Source: the human T2T-CHM13v2.0 reference genome, Homo sapiens
DNA length: 64,000 nt
Reading direction: 5' to 3' (one strand)
Assembly: GCF_009914755.1 (NCBI RefSeq)
Contig: NC_060926.1
This document shows, piece by piece, positions 13,895 through 26,604 of this stretch. How positions within the stretch are numbered: position 1 is the first letter of the stretch; each line of letters opens with the position of its first letter. The notes below the pieces were generated by a model that saw only the letters and a list, made by a program, of their open reading frames with translations, had not been told where the DNA came from and made no database searches. A program made the translations under genes and the position numbers.

Positions 13895-16800
13895 GTGAGC
13901 TGGCAAGTGGATAATCGCATATTTTAGTAAAACTACTTTACTTCCCTCTTTTAAGTAGATAACGTGTGAAATCACCTTGTTTATATATGTTTGTTAATAT
14001 ACATGTCAACGTCTGTTTATATGTGACTTCAAAAGCTGTATTTGGTGTTACGGAGATTTTTATAATCCCAAGCAGAAAAAACGAGCCGTATGTGATCACG
14101 TGTATATAAAGGCTTAAAGAACACTTAATCCACACCTCAGATGAGCTGAGATGAGATTATTCCTTAAATTGAAAAATGTTATTGAATAGAGTTATGCACT
14201 AAGAAATGCTTAATTAAGAACCTACACCTCTGGGGAATTATTTTGATGATAATGATGAGAGGCAGGACGTTATATAGGAAATCTTACTTAATTTGAAATA
14301 TTATGGTTATATAAAGAAAGAAAAGGAGTTTGGACCTGAATCATACTGGGTTTTTAAGTTCTGCTCTATCACTTACTATAATAGCTGTGTAAGTTAACCT
14401 GTCTGAAATGTGGAGATAATACTTGCCTTACATAATTACTATGAGCATTTGTGTATGTGCAGGTGGGCATGGGTGTGTATCAGACATTTATTAGAGTATA
14501 CAGTAAACAGTTAATGAACTAAGGTTACTAATAGTGTTTACTGTGGGTTGGCTATGTGCAAAAGTGCTTTGTGAATGTAATTTTATTTAATTACAGTAAC
14601 TTAGAATGGCCGGTACCATTATTAATCCCTTTTTTATAAATAAGGAAATGGATAAAGAAAGGTTAGGTAACTTACTCATTATTATACAGCTAGTTATTGA
14701 TAGAGCCGAGATTCACACTCCAGTGGTGTAACTCCAAAGCACTTGCCAGTATAATACATTGCTCCCAGGCAGCCAGAAATAACAAAATTGTTCCTTTTAT
14801 GTACGACAGACTTCTGAAATGGTAGTAGTAGTGCCCTTTTTTTTCTCTCTCTCTTTTTAGCCCAGGAAAGATTTAGAATAAAATCTGGTTTAGATGAGCA
14901 CATTTGTGTGATGGTCCATATAGTTAAGGCAACCCCACTAGCCTTTTGTGATAGTATCTTCTCAACACAAGCAAAATAACAGAAAATCTTTGTGAAGTCA
15001 AGCTTATTAAATGTCGTAAGTCATAGATAAGTATATGAAATGTCTAACGTTCAAACCTTGTTTTCTTAAAACCTTACACATCATATAGGTCCTTGTAAGA
15101 GGATAAACAAACCGGCTAGCCTTTCCTGGGGCTTTTTTAGTGATGTGTGCAGTCAGTTATTTGGTGCCTTTTGGGTCATGATTTCCATTTCTTCTGTGTA
15201 CAGGCATAAAAGGTCTTCTGTTCTTATACAAGCATGTAAATCCAACATTCTCATTGTCTCATTTTATTCTTGCAATGACCCTGTGAAATGTGTAGAAGCA
15301 GCACATCGTCATTTTACAATTGAGAAACATGGAGACTCCAAATGGATTATTTACAGGTTCACAAAACAGCTTTGTGGCACTGAAAGGGCGAGAGCCAAGA
15401 TCTCCTGATTTCTGTTCCTGTGTTCATAGATTCTTTTTCCTTAATAAAAGTAAACATATATCAAGATGGTCCTTGTTTTTTAAAAATAAGATGATTAAAA
15501 TTAAAGATTAATGAGCTCATAGGAGATACTCAGAAGTACTGAACAGGGTGAAGAAAACTAAAAACTAACCACCTTATTTACATTTCTTATATTTGAGAGC
15601 ATTTCCTTCTGGTTCTTTCTCTATACATATAGTATTTTTTATGAGATTGTTACCATGTTACTATGTTGTGTGTAGATGAGCTAGCCTGTTTTTTAAATGT
15701 TACTTTAGTTCTGAGCATTTTTAAACTTAAATGTTTTTTGAATATTAATGAGTTCATGGTATCCCATCACATGGAAGTACTGTAAATTCTGTTCCTTTAT
15801 TTATGTTGTTTCTGGTTTATGCCATTACAAATTCTAGGACACTGTCCTAGTTTTGTAGGGTATTCAAAATATTCAGTTTATGCTCTTACCACTAGTATCT
15901 GATAGTGCCATTTTCGCACTTTTGCTAATGCTGACTTACTAGTTTATAAAATCCTTTGCCAATTTGTAGGAACAAAAGTGATATCAATTTTTAAGTTTTT
16001 TTAATACTAGTCATGCTCACCAATTCATGCAAATGGCAGTTGGTAGTTTTGCCATCTTCAACGTGGGTACCTTCCAGTTGTTTGGTTTCTTGGTAAAACT
16101 CACACAAAACAGATGGAGAAGAGTTTTTGTATATCAACATGAATGTTAATGTGATTTTTTTAAAGCCAACGAACACATTTGTGTTCCTTGTGAGATCCTG
16201 TGCATGAATTTGTCAGGTAATTTTTTTGACCTGAACATTCTCATAATAGCTTCAATTTGCACAATGCAACCTCGTCATTTTGCAGATTTTCAAGGCTCAC
16301 TTCAAAAACATGTTCCTTGAGGCCTATTAACATTTCTTTCCTAAATTGTCTATTCATATGGTGCTTTTAAAAGTTAGATTACTTTTAGTAGATTTATTAG
16401 AGCCGCACAGTTTAGAGTCAGTAGTCAATTAAAGTCCCTACTTAAACTTCAGACTAAGATTTTTTTTTTATTTAATATTTTATTTTTTCTTTTTGCTTTC
16501 ATGCAGACAGACATCTTGCAATACTTTAAGATTCTTGGGCCATTTCTGTCAGGTTGTTCTGTGTTCTGTGCCTGCTTCCTCCCCATAGTAATTTCAAAAT
16601 AGCTATCCTCACCTCTGTAAGGTTTCCAAAATCAAACTTGGGCTTCTGGCTAGCCTTTTCTAGGTCTTGATTTTTCAGTGCTTTCCAGAGGCAATTGTTT
16701 GGAACCTCTTGGCACAGTTTCTGTTTCTTCTTCCATGTACAGGCATGAAAGATCTTTTGGTTGTTTTCTGGTAAAACTATCATAAAACAGTTCAAGCAAA

Positions 16801-17450
16801 TGACTATTGGTAGTTTTGTCATTAACAGGGGTGCCTTCTAGTCGTTTTGTTTCCTGGTAAAACAGACCAAACAGAGGGAGCAGACAGTTTGTACATCTGT
16901 ATGAGTGTTGATGTGCTTTTTATTTTAAGCCAGGGAACACATTTTATGTTATTTATGACATCCTTTCCATGAATTTGTCAGGTGATTTTTGAGCTGAACA
17001 TTCTCAGTAATAACTTTAGTTTACAAAATACAACCTAGTCTTTCTGCAGATTTTCTAGGCCCACTTCAAATGCATTGACCATCAGATGGCATCTTGGTTC
17101 CTTACGTCCTTTCTGTGACTGAATGTCCATAATTCCACATCATACTGATCTTTCTTAGAAAAGGCAACAGTTACTTTCTTCTTTATTCCTTTTTTAATGC
17201 TTGTGAGGTAGTTCTTGTTGATCACAGCGATGCTATTCTCTTATTCTTCATGTCATATTTAGCAGTTTTTTTCTAGTTTGTCATTTGATAATCTTGATTG
17301 GTGTATTTTGATGTACAGAAATTTAAAATTTATGTAGTTAAATCTTTCTTTAATTTCTATTGCTTTTGTATTTGTAGCTCTTGACTAGATAGTCTTAACT
17401 GTAGTATAGACTTTAACAGTGTTTTCTTTCTTTTCTTTTTTTTTTTTTAG

Positions 17451-17545
17451 TTGCAACTACTGGCCCTTCAGTATATTATAGTCAGTCACCAGCATATAAT
17501 TCCCAGTATCTTCTCAGACCAGCAGCTAATGTTACTCCCACAAAG
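17451..17545 (+). CDS. RGPD4: RGPD exon 19 equivalent, ATTGPSVYYSQSP...NVTPTK
   Basis: poly-T tract ag|TTGCA...ACAAAG|gtaaca; 95 nt. Confidence 0.94.
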
Positions 17546-17899
17546 GTAACAAAGGAATAATTTATACATTTATAATTATTTTCTTTTTAAATTGTTTAGG
17601 GTTCCTTCAAATAAATTCAAGAGAGCAGTTCACTATTAAAACTTTTATGTCCCTTAAAATGTAGATATTTTAAATTTATCTCCAAATACAGAAATTATCC
17701 TTCTTAGTCACCTTATTTTTGAGTTAATAAGTGTGAATATTTAGAATATTTTAAAAATGGGAGTGGTGGTGGTGGATCCTTCATCGTTCTGTTTTAACAG
17801 AAATAGAACTGTAATGCCCTTGCTGACCCACTATGTGGTAAGTACTTTCAGGCCTGATACAGCTATATATATAACAATTGATTGAAGACTCAATATTAC

Positions 17900-18150
17900 A
17901 GTGGTAGTTGAATGTGACAGCTTTGAGGATAGAGTGTTGGGGTGCATTTAGACCCTTGCTCTTCTGCTTATTTTGACCACAGGCAAGTTTCTTAACCTCT
18001 CAATGCATCAGTTGCCTCATATGTAAAATGAGGATAATAATAATACCTTAATTCATAGGGTTTTTGAGGATATTAAAATGAGATAATAATGTAAAGTGCT
18101 TAGAACAGTGCCCAGCTGGCACATTAATAAATGCTCAATAAATGTTATCA
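17900..18150. mobile_element. MIR
   Basis: ggcaagtttcttaacctctc...tgtaaaatgaggataataata...aaagtgcttagaacagtgcc core. Other MIR-like pieces at ~12000-12125, 12710-12870, 14600-14760, 15250-15400, 27000-27190 and 42600-42750. Confidence 0.75.
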
Positions 18151-18272
18151 TCATCATCATCATCATTATTGTTAACATCATTTGATAAATTGTTTAGGAA
18201 TGAAGAAGATATTTATTTCATGACTATTTTGGGCATGTGGATCAAGAAAATTCACCTTCATTTATGTTTCAG

Positions 18273-20496
18273 GGTTCTTCTAATACAGAATTTAAGTCAA
18301 CCAAAGAAGGATTTTCCATCCCTGTGTCTGCTGATGGATTTAAATTTGGCATTTCGGAACCAGGAAATCAAGAAAAGGAAAGTGAAAAGCCTCTTGAAAA
18401 TGATACTGGCTTCCAGGCTCAGGATATTAGTGGCCAGAAGAGTGGCCGTGGTGTGATTTTTGGCCAAACAAGTAGCACTTTTACATTTGCAGATGTTGCA
18501 AAATCAACTTCAGGAGAAGGATTTCAGTTTGGCAAAAAAGACCCCAATTTCAAGGGATTTTCAGGTGCTGGAGAAAAATTATTCTCATCACAATGCGGTA
18601 AAATGGCCAATAAAGCAAACACTTCCGGTGACTTTGAGAAAGATGATGATGCCTATAAGACTGAGGACAGCGATGACATCCATTTTGAACCAGTAGTTCA
18701 AATGCCTGAAAAAGTAGAACTTGTAATAGGAGAAGAAGGTGAAAAAGTTCTGTATTCACAGGGGGTAAAACTATTTAGATTTGATGCTGAGGTAAGGCAG
18801 TGGAAAGAAAGGGGCTTGGGGAACTTAAAAATTCTCAAAAACGAGGTCAATGGCAAACCAAGAATGCTGATGCGAAGAGAACAAGTACTAAAAGTGTGTG
18901 CTAATCATTGGATAACGACTACAATGAACCTGAAGCCTCTCTCTGGATCAGATAGAGCATGGATGTGGTCAGCCAGTGATTTCTCTGATGGTGATGCCAA
19001 ACTAGAGCGGTTGGCAGCAAAATTTAAAACACCAGAGCTGGCTGAAGAATTCAAGCAGAAATTTGAGGAATGCCAGCGGCTTCTGTTAGACATACCACTT
19101 CAAACTCCCCATAAACTTGTAGATACTGGCAGAGCTGCCAAGTTAATACAGAGAGCTGAAGAAATGAAGAGTGGACTGAAAGATTTCAAAACATTTTTGA
19201 CAAATGATCAAACAAAAGTCACTGAGGAAGAAAATAAGGGTTCAGGTACAGGTGCGGCCGGTGCCTCAGACACAACAATAAAACCCAATCCTGAAAACAC
19301 TGGGCCCACATTAGAATGGGATAACTGTGATTTAAGGGAAGATGCTTTGGATGATAGTGTCAGTAGTAGCTCAGTACATGCTTCTCCATTGGCAAGTAGC
19401 CCTGTGAGAAAAAATCTTTTCCATTTTGGTGAGTCAACAACAGGATCTAACTTCAGTTTTAAATCTGCTTTGAGTCCATCTAAGTCTCCTGCCAAGTTGA
19501 ATCAGAGTGGGACTTCAGTTGGCACTGATGAAGAATCTGATGTTACTCAAGAAGAAGAGAGAGATGGACAGTACTTTGAACCTGTTGTTCCTTTACCTGA
19601 TCTAGTTGAAGTATCCAGTGGTGAGGAAAATGAAAAAGTTGTTTTTAGTCACAGGGCAGAACTCTACAGATATGATAAAGATGTTGGTCAATGGAAAGAA
19701 AGGGGCATTGGTGATATAAAGATTTTACAGAATTATGATAATAAGCAAGTTCGTATAGTGATGAGAAGGGACCAAGTATTAAAACTTTGTGCCAATCACA
19801 CAATAACTCCAGACATGAGTTTGCAAAATATGAAAGGGACAGAAAGAGTATGGTTGTGGACTGCATGTGATTTTGCAGATGGAGAAAGAAAAGTAGAGCA
19901 TTTAGCTGTTCGTTTTAAACTACAGGATGTTGCAGACTCGTTTAAGAAAATTTTTGATGAAGCAAAAACAGCCCAGGAAAAAGATTCTTTGATAACACCT
20001 CATGTTTCTCGGTCAAGCACTCCCAGAGAGTCACCATGTGGCAAAATTGCTGTAGCTGTATTAGAAGAAACCACAAGAGAGAGGACAGATGTTATTCAGG
20101 GTGATGATGTAGCAGATGCAGCTTCAGAAGTTGAAGTGTCTAGCACATCTGAAACAACAACAAAAGCAGTGGTTTCTCCTCCAAAGTTTGTATTTGGTTC
20201 AGAGTCTGTTAAAAGAATTTTTAGTAGTGAAAAATCAAAACCATTTGCATTTGGCAACAGTTCTGCCACTGGGTCTTTGTTTGGATTTAGTTTTAATGCA
20301 TCTTTGAAAAGTAACAACAGTGAAACTAGTTCAGTAGCCCAGAGTGGATCTGAAAGCAAAGTGGAACCTAAAAAATGTGAACTGTCAAAGAACTCTGATA
20401 TCGAACAGTCTTCAGATAGCAAAGTCAAAAATCTCTCTGCTTCCTTTCCAATGGAAGAATCTTCAATCAACTACACATTTAAAACACCAGAAAAGG
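18273..20496 (+). CDS. RGPD4: RGPD large exon 20 (3' part of RANBP2 exon 20): FG-like segments and two Ran-binding domains
   Basis: gtttcag|GGTTCT...AAAAGG|gtaggt; 2,224 nt inside the 768-aa track ORF; phase matches exon 19. Confidence 0.95.
18681..19076 (+). other. Ran-binding domain (RANBP2 RanBD2 equivalent)
   Basis: HFEPVV...WKERGLG...[13 protein letters not shown]...FEECQ signature. Confidence 0.92.
19572..19967 (+). other. Ran-binding domain (RANBP2 RanBD3 equivalent)
   Basis: YFEPVV...WKERGIG...[13 protein letters not shown]...FDEAK signature. Confidence 0.92.
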
Positions 20497-20858
20497 GTAG
20501 GTACTTTGTTGTTAAAGTTAAGCACAATTTTTCTTTCTTTTAATGTTTAGCTTGATGCAGACTCTTTGTGGGATACTAATGTTGGGATATAAACGATGCT
20601 TTGTGAACACCCCCAAAATATTTGAGCAATTTTTTTTCTCCCTTAATAAGTTCACGGTGAGGTTTCAAAGAGCAAGAGAACTTAGTTAAAGACATTTCAG
20701 TAACTGGAAGATACTTCTATCATGCTAGGGCAGAGCAAAAGAACTTGGTACAGTGTACGGACTCATGCTTGAATCATGCGCATTAACGTGAGTCTTTTTT
20801 TAAAGTGTTCATTTTCATTTGTTCTGTTTCTTTTGTCACTCAGAAAACATGATATTGA

Positions 20859-21157
20859 GGCTGGGCACGGTGTCTCACTCCTAGAATGCCAGCACTTTGG
20901 GAGGTTGAGGTGGGCAGATCACTTGAGCTCAGGAGTTCGAGACCAGCCTGGCCAACATGGTGAAACCCTGTTTCTACTGAAAATACAAAAATGAGCCGGG
21001 CGTGGTGGTGCGTGCCTATAATTAGCAGCTACTCAGGAGGTTGAGGCAGGAGGATCGCTTGAGCACAGGAGATGGAGGTAGCAGTGAGCTGAAATCATGC
21101 CACTGCACTCCAGCCTGACTGAGTGACTGAGACTTTGTCTCCAAAAAAAAAAAAAAA
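20859..21157 (+). mobile_element. Alu with TSD aaaa(c/t)atgatattgag
   Basis: Full Alu; TSD visible. Confidence 0.9.
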
Positions 21158-21362
21158 TATGATATTGAGATGTTCTCATTTTATGTGTTGTATGTCAGTC
21201 TTGCTCATGTATTAAAGGAGCAAAGAATGAAACTACAGGGATAAATGAATATGTAAGACAGATTGGTGGTATAAATTGAGGGATTCTGGCTTTTTATGTT
21301 TTAAAAGCATATTCATTTTGTTTCCTAAAATGTTAAAAAATGAAATATTCTTTATTTTCTAG

Positions 21363-21440
21363 GATTTAATTTTAGCCTTTTTAAATCTAATCCCATGGCC
21401 TTTTGGACTAGCACCCCTTCCTCACAGCCTGAGAGCAAAG
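21363..21440 (+). CDS. Candidate 78-nt frame-preserving cassette exon, GFNFSLFKSNPMAFWTSTPSSQPESK
   Basis: tttattttctag|GA...AAAG|gtatag; phase 1-1; no stop in the frame of exon 20. Confidence 0.65.
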
Positions 21441-22517
21441 GTATAGAACTAGCATTCTCAGTATGAGATAACAGCAGTTTTTAGCAGCTGGGTAGCCCTT
21501 AGCAAAGTATTAATAACTGTGGCTGTATGAAATGAAGTACTTACCACTACAACATGCATGTTAAAGAATGCCAGTTTAAGCAAAGTACCTTTTGACTGGT
21601 GGCATGACACCCTTGTTGGTTTGTTTTTTAAAATGTACTGGGATGCTGATTTGTAATGTACTTCATTGCTCTGCTATTTCAGGTCTGCTCAATGAAGACC
21701 TATGTTTTATCTAATGTTTATGTTTAGCCACTAACGTCTGCCAGTATTCACATGTAGTGGCAACGGCATGTATACAGTATGGAAGAGTGTCCCTGTAGGG
21801 CTGTTCTTTTGTGCATGGTTTAGAAAAATGTTGTATTTGAAAATGGACCCCGTTTTTAACAGCCAGCATTCTACAGCTTGCATATTATATATGTTGCACC
21901 GATCAATTTTAGAAGTGTGGCTACTAGAGTGGAACAAGAAGTGGGATCTGTTGAAGGCCTTCAAGAACAGGTTAGGGAAGTGAAATCTCACCCTTAGTGA
22001 CCAGTAACACATCTTAGCCATGCCAAACAAGTACAATGATAAAGTAACAATCTCTGATTTTTTTTTAAGTATACCAGTTTTATTACCAGCTAAGGTAGCT
22101 CTTAATCTTTTATTTTAAAGATACGGTCTTTGAGAAATGTGAAAAGTGTTAACTTAAAAGTGAATGTATACTTGCGTACAGTTTCTGTGAGCTCTAGGTT
22201 AGGAATCCCTGACCTAAGAACGAATGTGCCTATACACTACTGTAGAACATAGAGCCTTATTCTGTTTTGAATCTGATAATGTCATTGTCCCAAGGGACCT
22301 TAGAAATGAAGACTTTAGACATGAGTAAACTGTGGCCAAGAGAGGCTATCTGATTTACCCAAGGGGTCTTTACTGAGTAATAGCAGAAGTGGAACAAGAA
22401 TCTGTATCTTACGGTGTACTGTTATTTCTCCTAGCCAGGAAATGATACTAAGTTTTTGTTTATAATGAAGGAGAGGGACAGATTTAACATTGTAAAAGGA
22501 AGGGCACTGGTTCTGCA

Positions 22518-23025
22518 GAGCAGTGTCATCCAATAGAAATAAAATATAACCTGTGTATGTAATTTAAAATTGTCATTTGGTGCAATGGCTTGTGCCTATA
22601 ATCCCAGTTACTTGGGAGGCTGAGGCAGAGGGATCACTTGAGCCCACAAGTTCCAGGCTTCAGTGAACTATGATCACATCACTGCACTCCAGCTCTGGGT
22701 GACAAAGGAAGACCGCATCTCAAATAAATACATATATAAATAAATTTTCTAGTAGCCATATTAAAAAGAATAAAAAGAAACAGTTAAAAAGGGAAACAGA
22801 TGAAAGTAACTTTATCGATAGATTTGATTTAACTCATTATGTCCAGAATATCATTTTAACTTCTAATTAATATAAAAATTAATGATATTTTACATTATTG
22901 TTTTTCAGCAAGTCTTCAAAATCCAGTGTGTGTGTTTACACTTACTGTTAGCATGTCTTGATTTGGACTAGCCACCTTGTGAGGTTTTAATAGAATGTGG
23001 CTAGGCTACCATATTGGACACCATA
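22518..23025. mobile_element. MER33-like hAT-Charlie element with an Alu monomer inserted (~22578-22745)
   Basis: cagtgtcatccaatagaaata...gtggctaggctaccatattggaca termini. Confidence 0.65.
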
Positions 23026-23821
23026 GCTCTCAGAATGTTTCCCTGTCACCAGTTGGTATACATGGCATGCTTCATGACTGGCTTACTTTATTAAACTCCT
23101 TTAGCCAGAAGTTCTTCTTTACATTAGTAGATCAGAACAGGTTGCATATAGAAGTTTTTTCTGTTTCTAATTTTTTGCGCTTTGCATTAATGGTGGCTGG
23201 GGATGGGTTGTTTTCAGCCATATGAATGGTCTTAGATTTTATAGTGTTAGCTACCCATAGAGTAACAGTTTTTATTTAATTTTATCTAGTATCATGCTTG
23301 AACACAGGCAAACTAGATGCAACTCTAGTCACCTTCCATTCTTGGCAATTGTTAACTTTCCTTACAGGAACTAATCACAGTTGGCTTTGGATTAGTTTCA
23401 TATGTATACTAATACTTGCTTATGTTTTAAGATTTTTTTCAATTGCTGCAAATGCATGGATATTTTGGTAAACTATTGTATGCTAAGTATAGTTAGGCAA
23501 CACTTTAAAATTTTTAACCTTTTTAAATTCTAGAAATTTGTAGTAATTCTTTTCAATGACTATTAAGTAAACACAAGATTTTTTTGTTTTCTTTGGTTTT
23601 AAATAGATTCTGTGTTCACTTAGGGTTTTTGGTAGAACACTAAATCAGGATGCTAATTCTAATTCATGATTATCGTACATCTCTGCATCAAAGTATATGT
23701 GTTTTTTATCAGTATGCTGTTTTAACCTATAGATAGGTTCCATGGTTTTTATTTTCAGGTAGAGTATTAACGTCAATACTTAATACCTCATCTTTGTCAA
23801 TTTTTTTGACTGGTGTTACAG

Positions 23822-23859
23822 CAAAAGAGAAGAAAAAACCTGAAGATTCTCCCTCAGAT
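23822..23859 (+). pseudogene. Truncated remnant of the next RANBP2 exon ([13 protein letters not shown]) fused to an Alu fragment
   Basis: gttacag|CAAAAGAGAAG...TCAGAT continues RANBP2 ...TPEK|[13 protein letters not shown], then switches abruptly to Alu sequence. Confidence 0.85.
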
Positions 23860-23943
23860 AGTCTCGGTCTCCTGACCTCGTGATCCACCCACCTCGGCCT
23901 CCCAAAGTGCTGGGATTACAGGCATGAGCCACTGCGCCTGGCT
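23860..23943 (-). mobile_element. Alu left-arm fragment at the RANBP2/GCC2 junction
   Basis: gtctcggtctcctgacctcgtgatccacc...gagccactgcgcctggc; no right arm or tail. Confidence 0.88.
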
Positions 23944-24646
23944 GACACATGTCCTAATTCTGGTATTCACCAGATTTGTTTCTTGTTCTCCGTTGTTAGT
24001 CATCAAATTTGTCTACTTTTTAAATAGAAACATTAGCTAGAGCAAGGAACTTAGAAACACTCAAGCGGCACTGAATGTGTAGAACTGCATAACCAATATA
24101 GCTTCTTTGCTTTCACATTTACAATTAGTTGGAGTTTTAGTTCAGCCGTACCCAGTATCTTCCATTCTGCTTCCAGGAAGAAATGGAAAAATGTCAGCCA
24201 TGACGATGCAGTATTTTAGTAGCAAGTTGATGGTGTTTTGGTTTCCCATGGGAAATATTGTCACTGGAGCATTAGCAGCTATCGGTCACTTATTAGGGTA
24301 AAAAAGCAACTTCAGAAGAATTTAGTATATGCCAAAGAATCAACAAAGGAAGTAATCAGCCAGGGCAAAGGTCGCACAAGAGATTGTAATCTAGCAATCA
24401 GCAGTGGAATAAGCAGTCAGCTTACCAGAAACCCAGGAAAATGCTTCAGAAAGGGCAGTCAGGACTAAGGCAATTTAATGAAATGCAAAATAAATGAAAT
24501 CTGAAGTTTAAAAATCTAGATTACAATTCTGGTTTCTAACTCAGTTATGAGACCTTGGGCAAAGTCATTAAATTTCTCTGAACTTCAGATTTTTGGGAGT
24601 CAATAAACCAATACATGTCAAAGGGCCTGGTAAACTTTACAGTTTA

Positions 24647-25666
<1,020 letters not shown>

Positions 25667-25846
25667 TTGATGACTAAATTTTAAGAAATGTTTTAGCAAT
25701 TCTTCATACACCTTTCACTTATCTTATAGTTACTTAATTCCTCTACTCTTATCATTTGATATTTTCATTTTATTGTGTACCTCTGTAAGGCCGAATCAAT
25801 AGATTTTGAACAATCTCACACTTAACCTTTAAAAAAAATCTAATAG

Positions 25847-26041
25847 GCCCAGTTTCCTCTCAACAATCTTTGAAGAACCTTCGAGAAAGGAGAAACACAG
25901 ACCTCCCACTTCTAGACATGCACACTGTAACCCGGGAAGAGGGAGAAGGCATGGAGACAACTGATACGGAGTCTGTGTCTTCCGCCAGCACATACACACA
26001 GTCTTTAGAGCAGCTGCTTAATTCTCCCGAAACTAAACTTG
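25847..26041 (+). CDS. GCC2-derived 195-nt exon (GPVSSQQSLKNLRERR...SPETKL), intact, probably skipped or alternative
   Basis: taatag|GCCCA...AAACTTG|gtctgt; phase 1-1; open frame matching the GCC2 segment before EPPL. Confidence 0.75.
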
Positions 26042-26168
26042 GTCTGTTACTCTGTCTAAATATGTTCTTCTTTAATTTCACTGTCTTATTTAATTACTAT
26101 TACTCTAAGGTACATATGCTTTTTTGGGCTGCTCCAATAAAATTTCTTTCAATATTCCACTACCTGTT

Positions 26169-26604
26169 TGCATTAGGGTTCTCTAGAGGGACAGAGCTAA
26201 TTGGATGGTTGGATGGATGGATGAGATGGATGGATGGATGCTTATTAAGTATTACCTTACACGATCACTAGGCCATCTGCAGACTGAGGAGCAACGAGAG
26301 CCAGTCCAAGTTCCAAAACTGAAGAACTAGGAGTCTGATGTTCAAGGGCAGGAAGCATCCAGCACAGGAGAAAGATGTAGGTTGGGAGGCTAGGCCAGTC
26401 TCGCCTTTTCAGGTTTTTCTGCCTGCTTTATATTCACTGGCAGCTGATTAGATGGCACCTACCAGGTTAAGGGTGGGTCTGCCTTCCCCAGCCCACTGAC
26501 TCAAATGTTAATCTCCTTTGGCAACACCCTCACAGACAACACTCAGGATTAATACTTTGCATCCTTTAATCCAATCAAGTTGACACCCAGTATTAACCAT
26601 CACA
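26169..26604 (-). mobile_element. MLT2A-like ERVL solo LTR with internal (GGAT)n
   Basis: Reverse strand begins TGTGATGGTTAATACTGGGTGTCAACTTGATTGG; 5-bp TSD ctgtt/ctgtc. Confidence 0.82.

Noticed and set aside
18237-20543. 768-aa track ORF as a stand-alone gene
   Set aside because: It starts at a GTG in an intronic coding remnant and runs past the donor; it is an internal exon (18273-20496).
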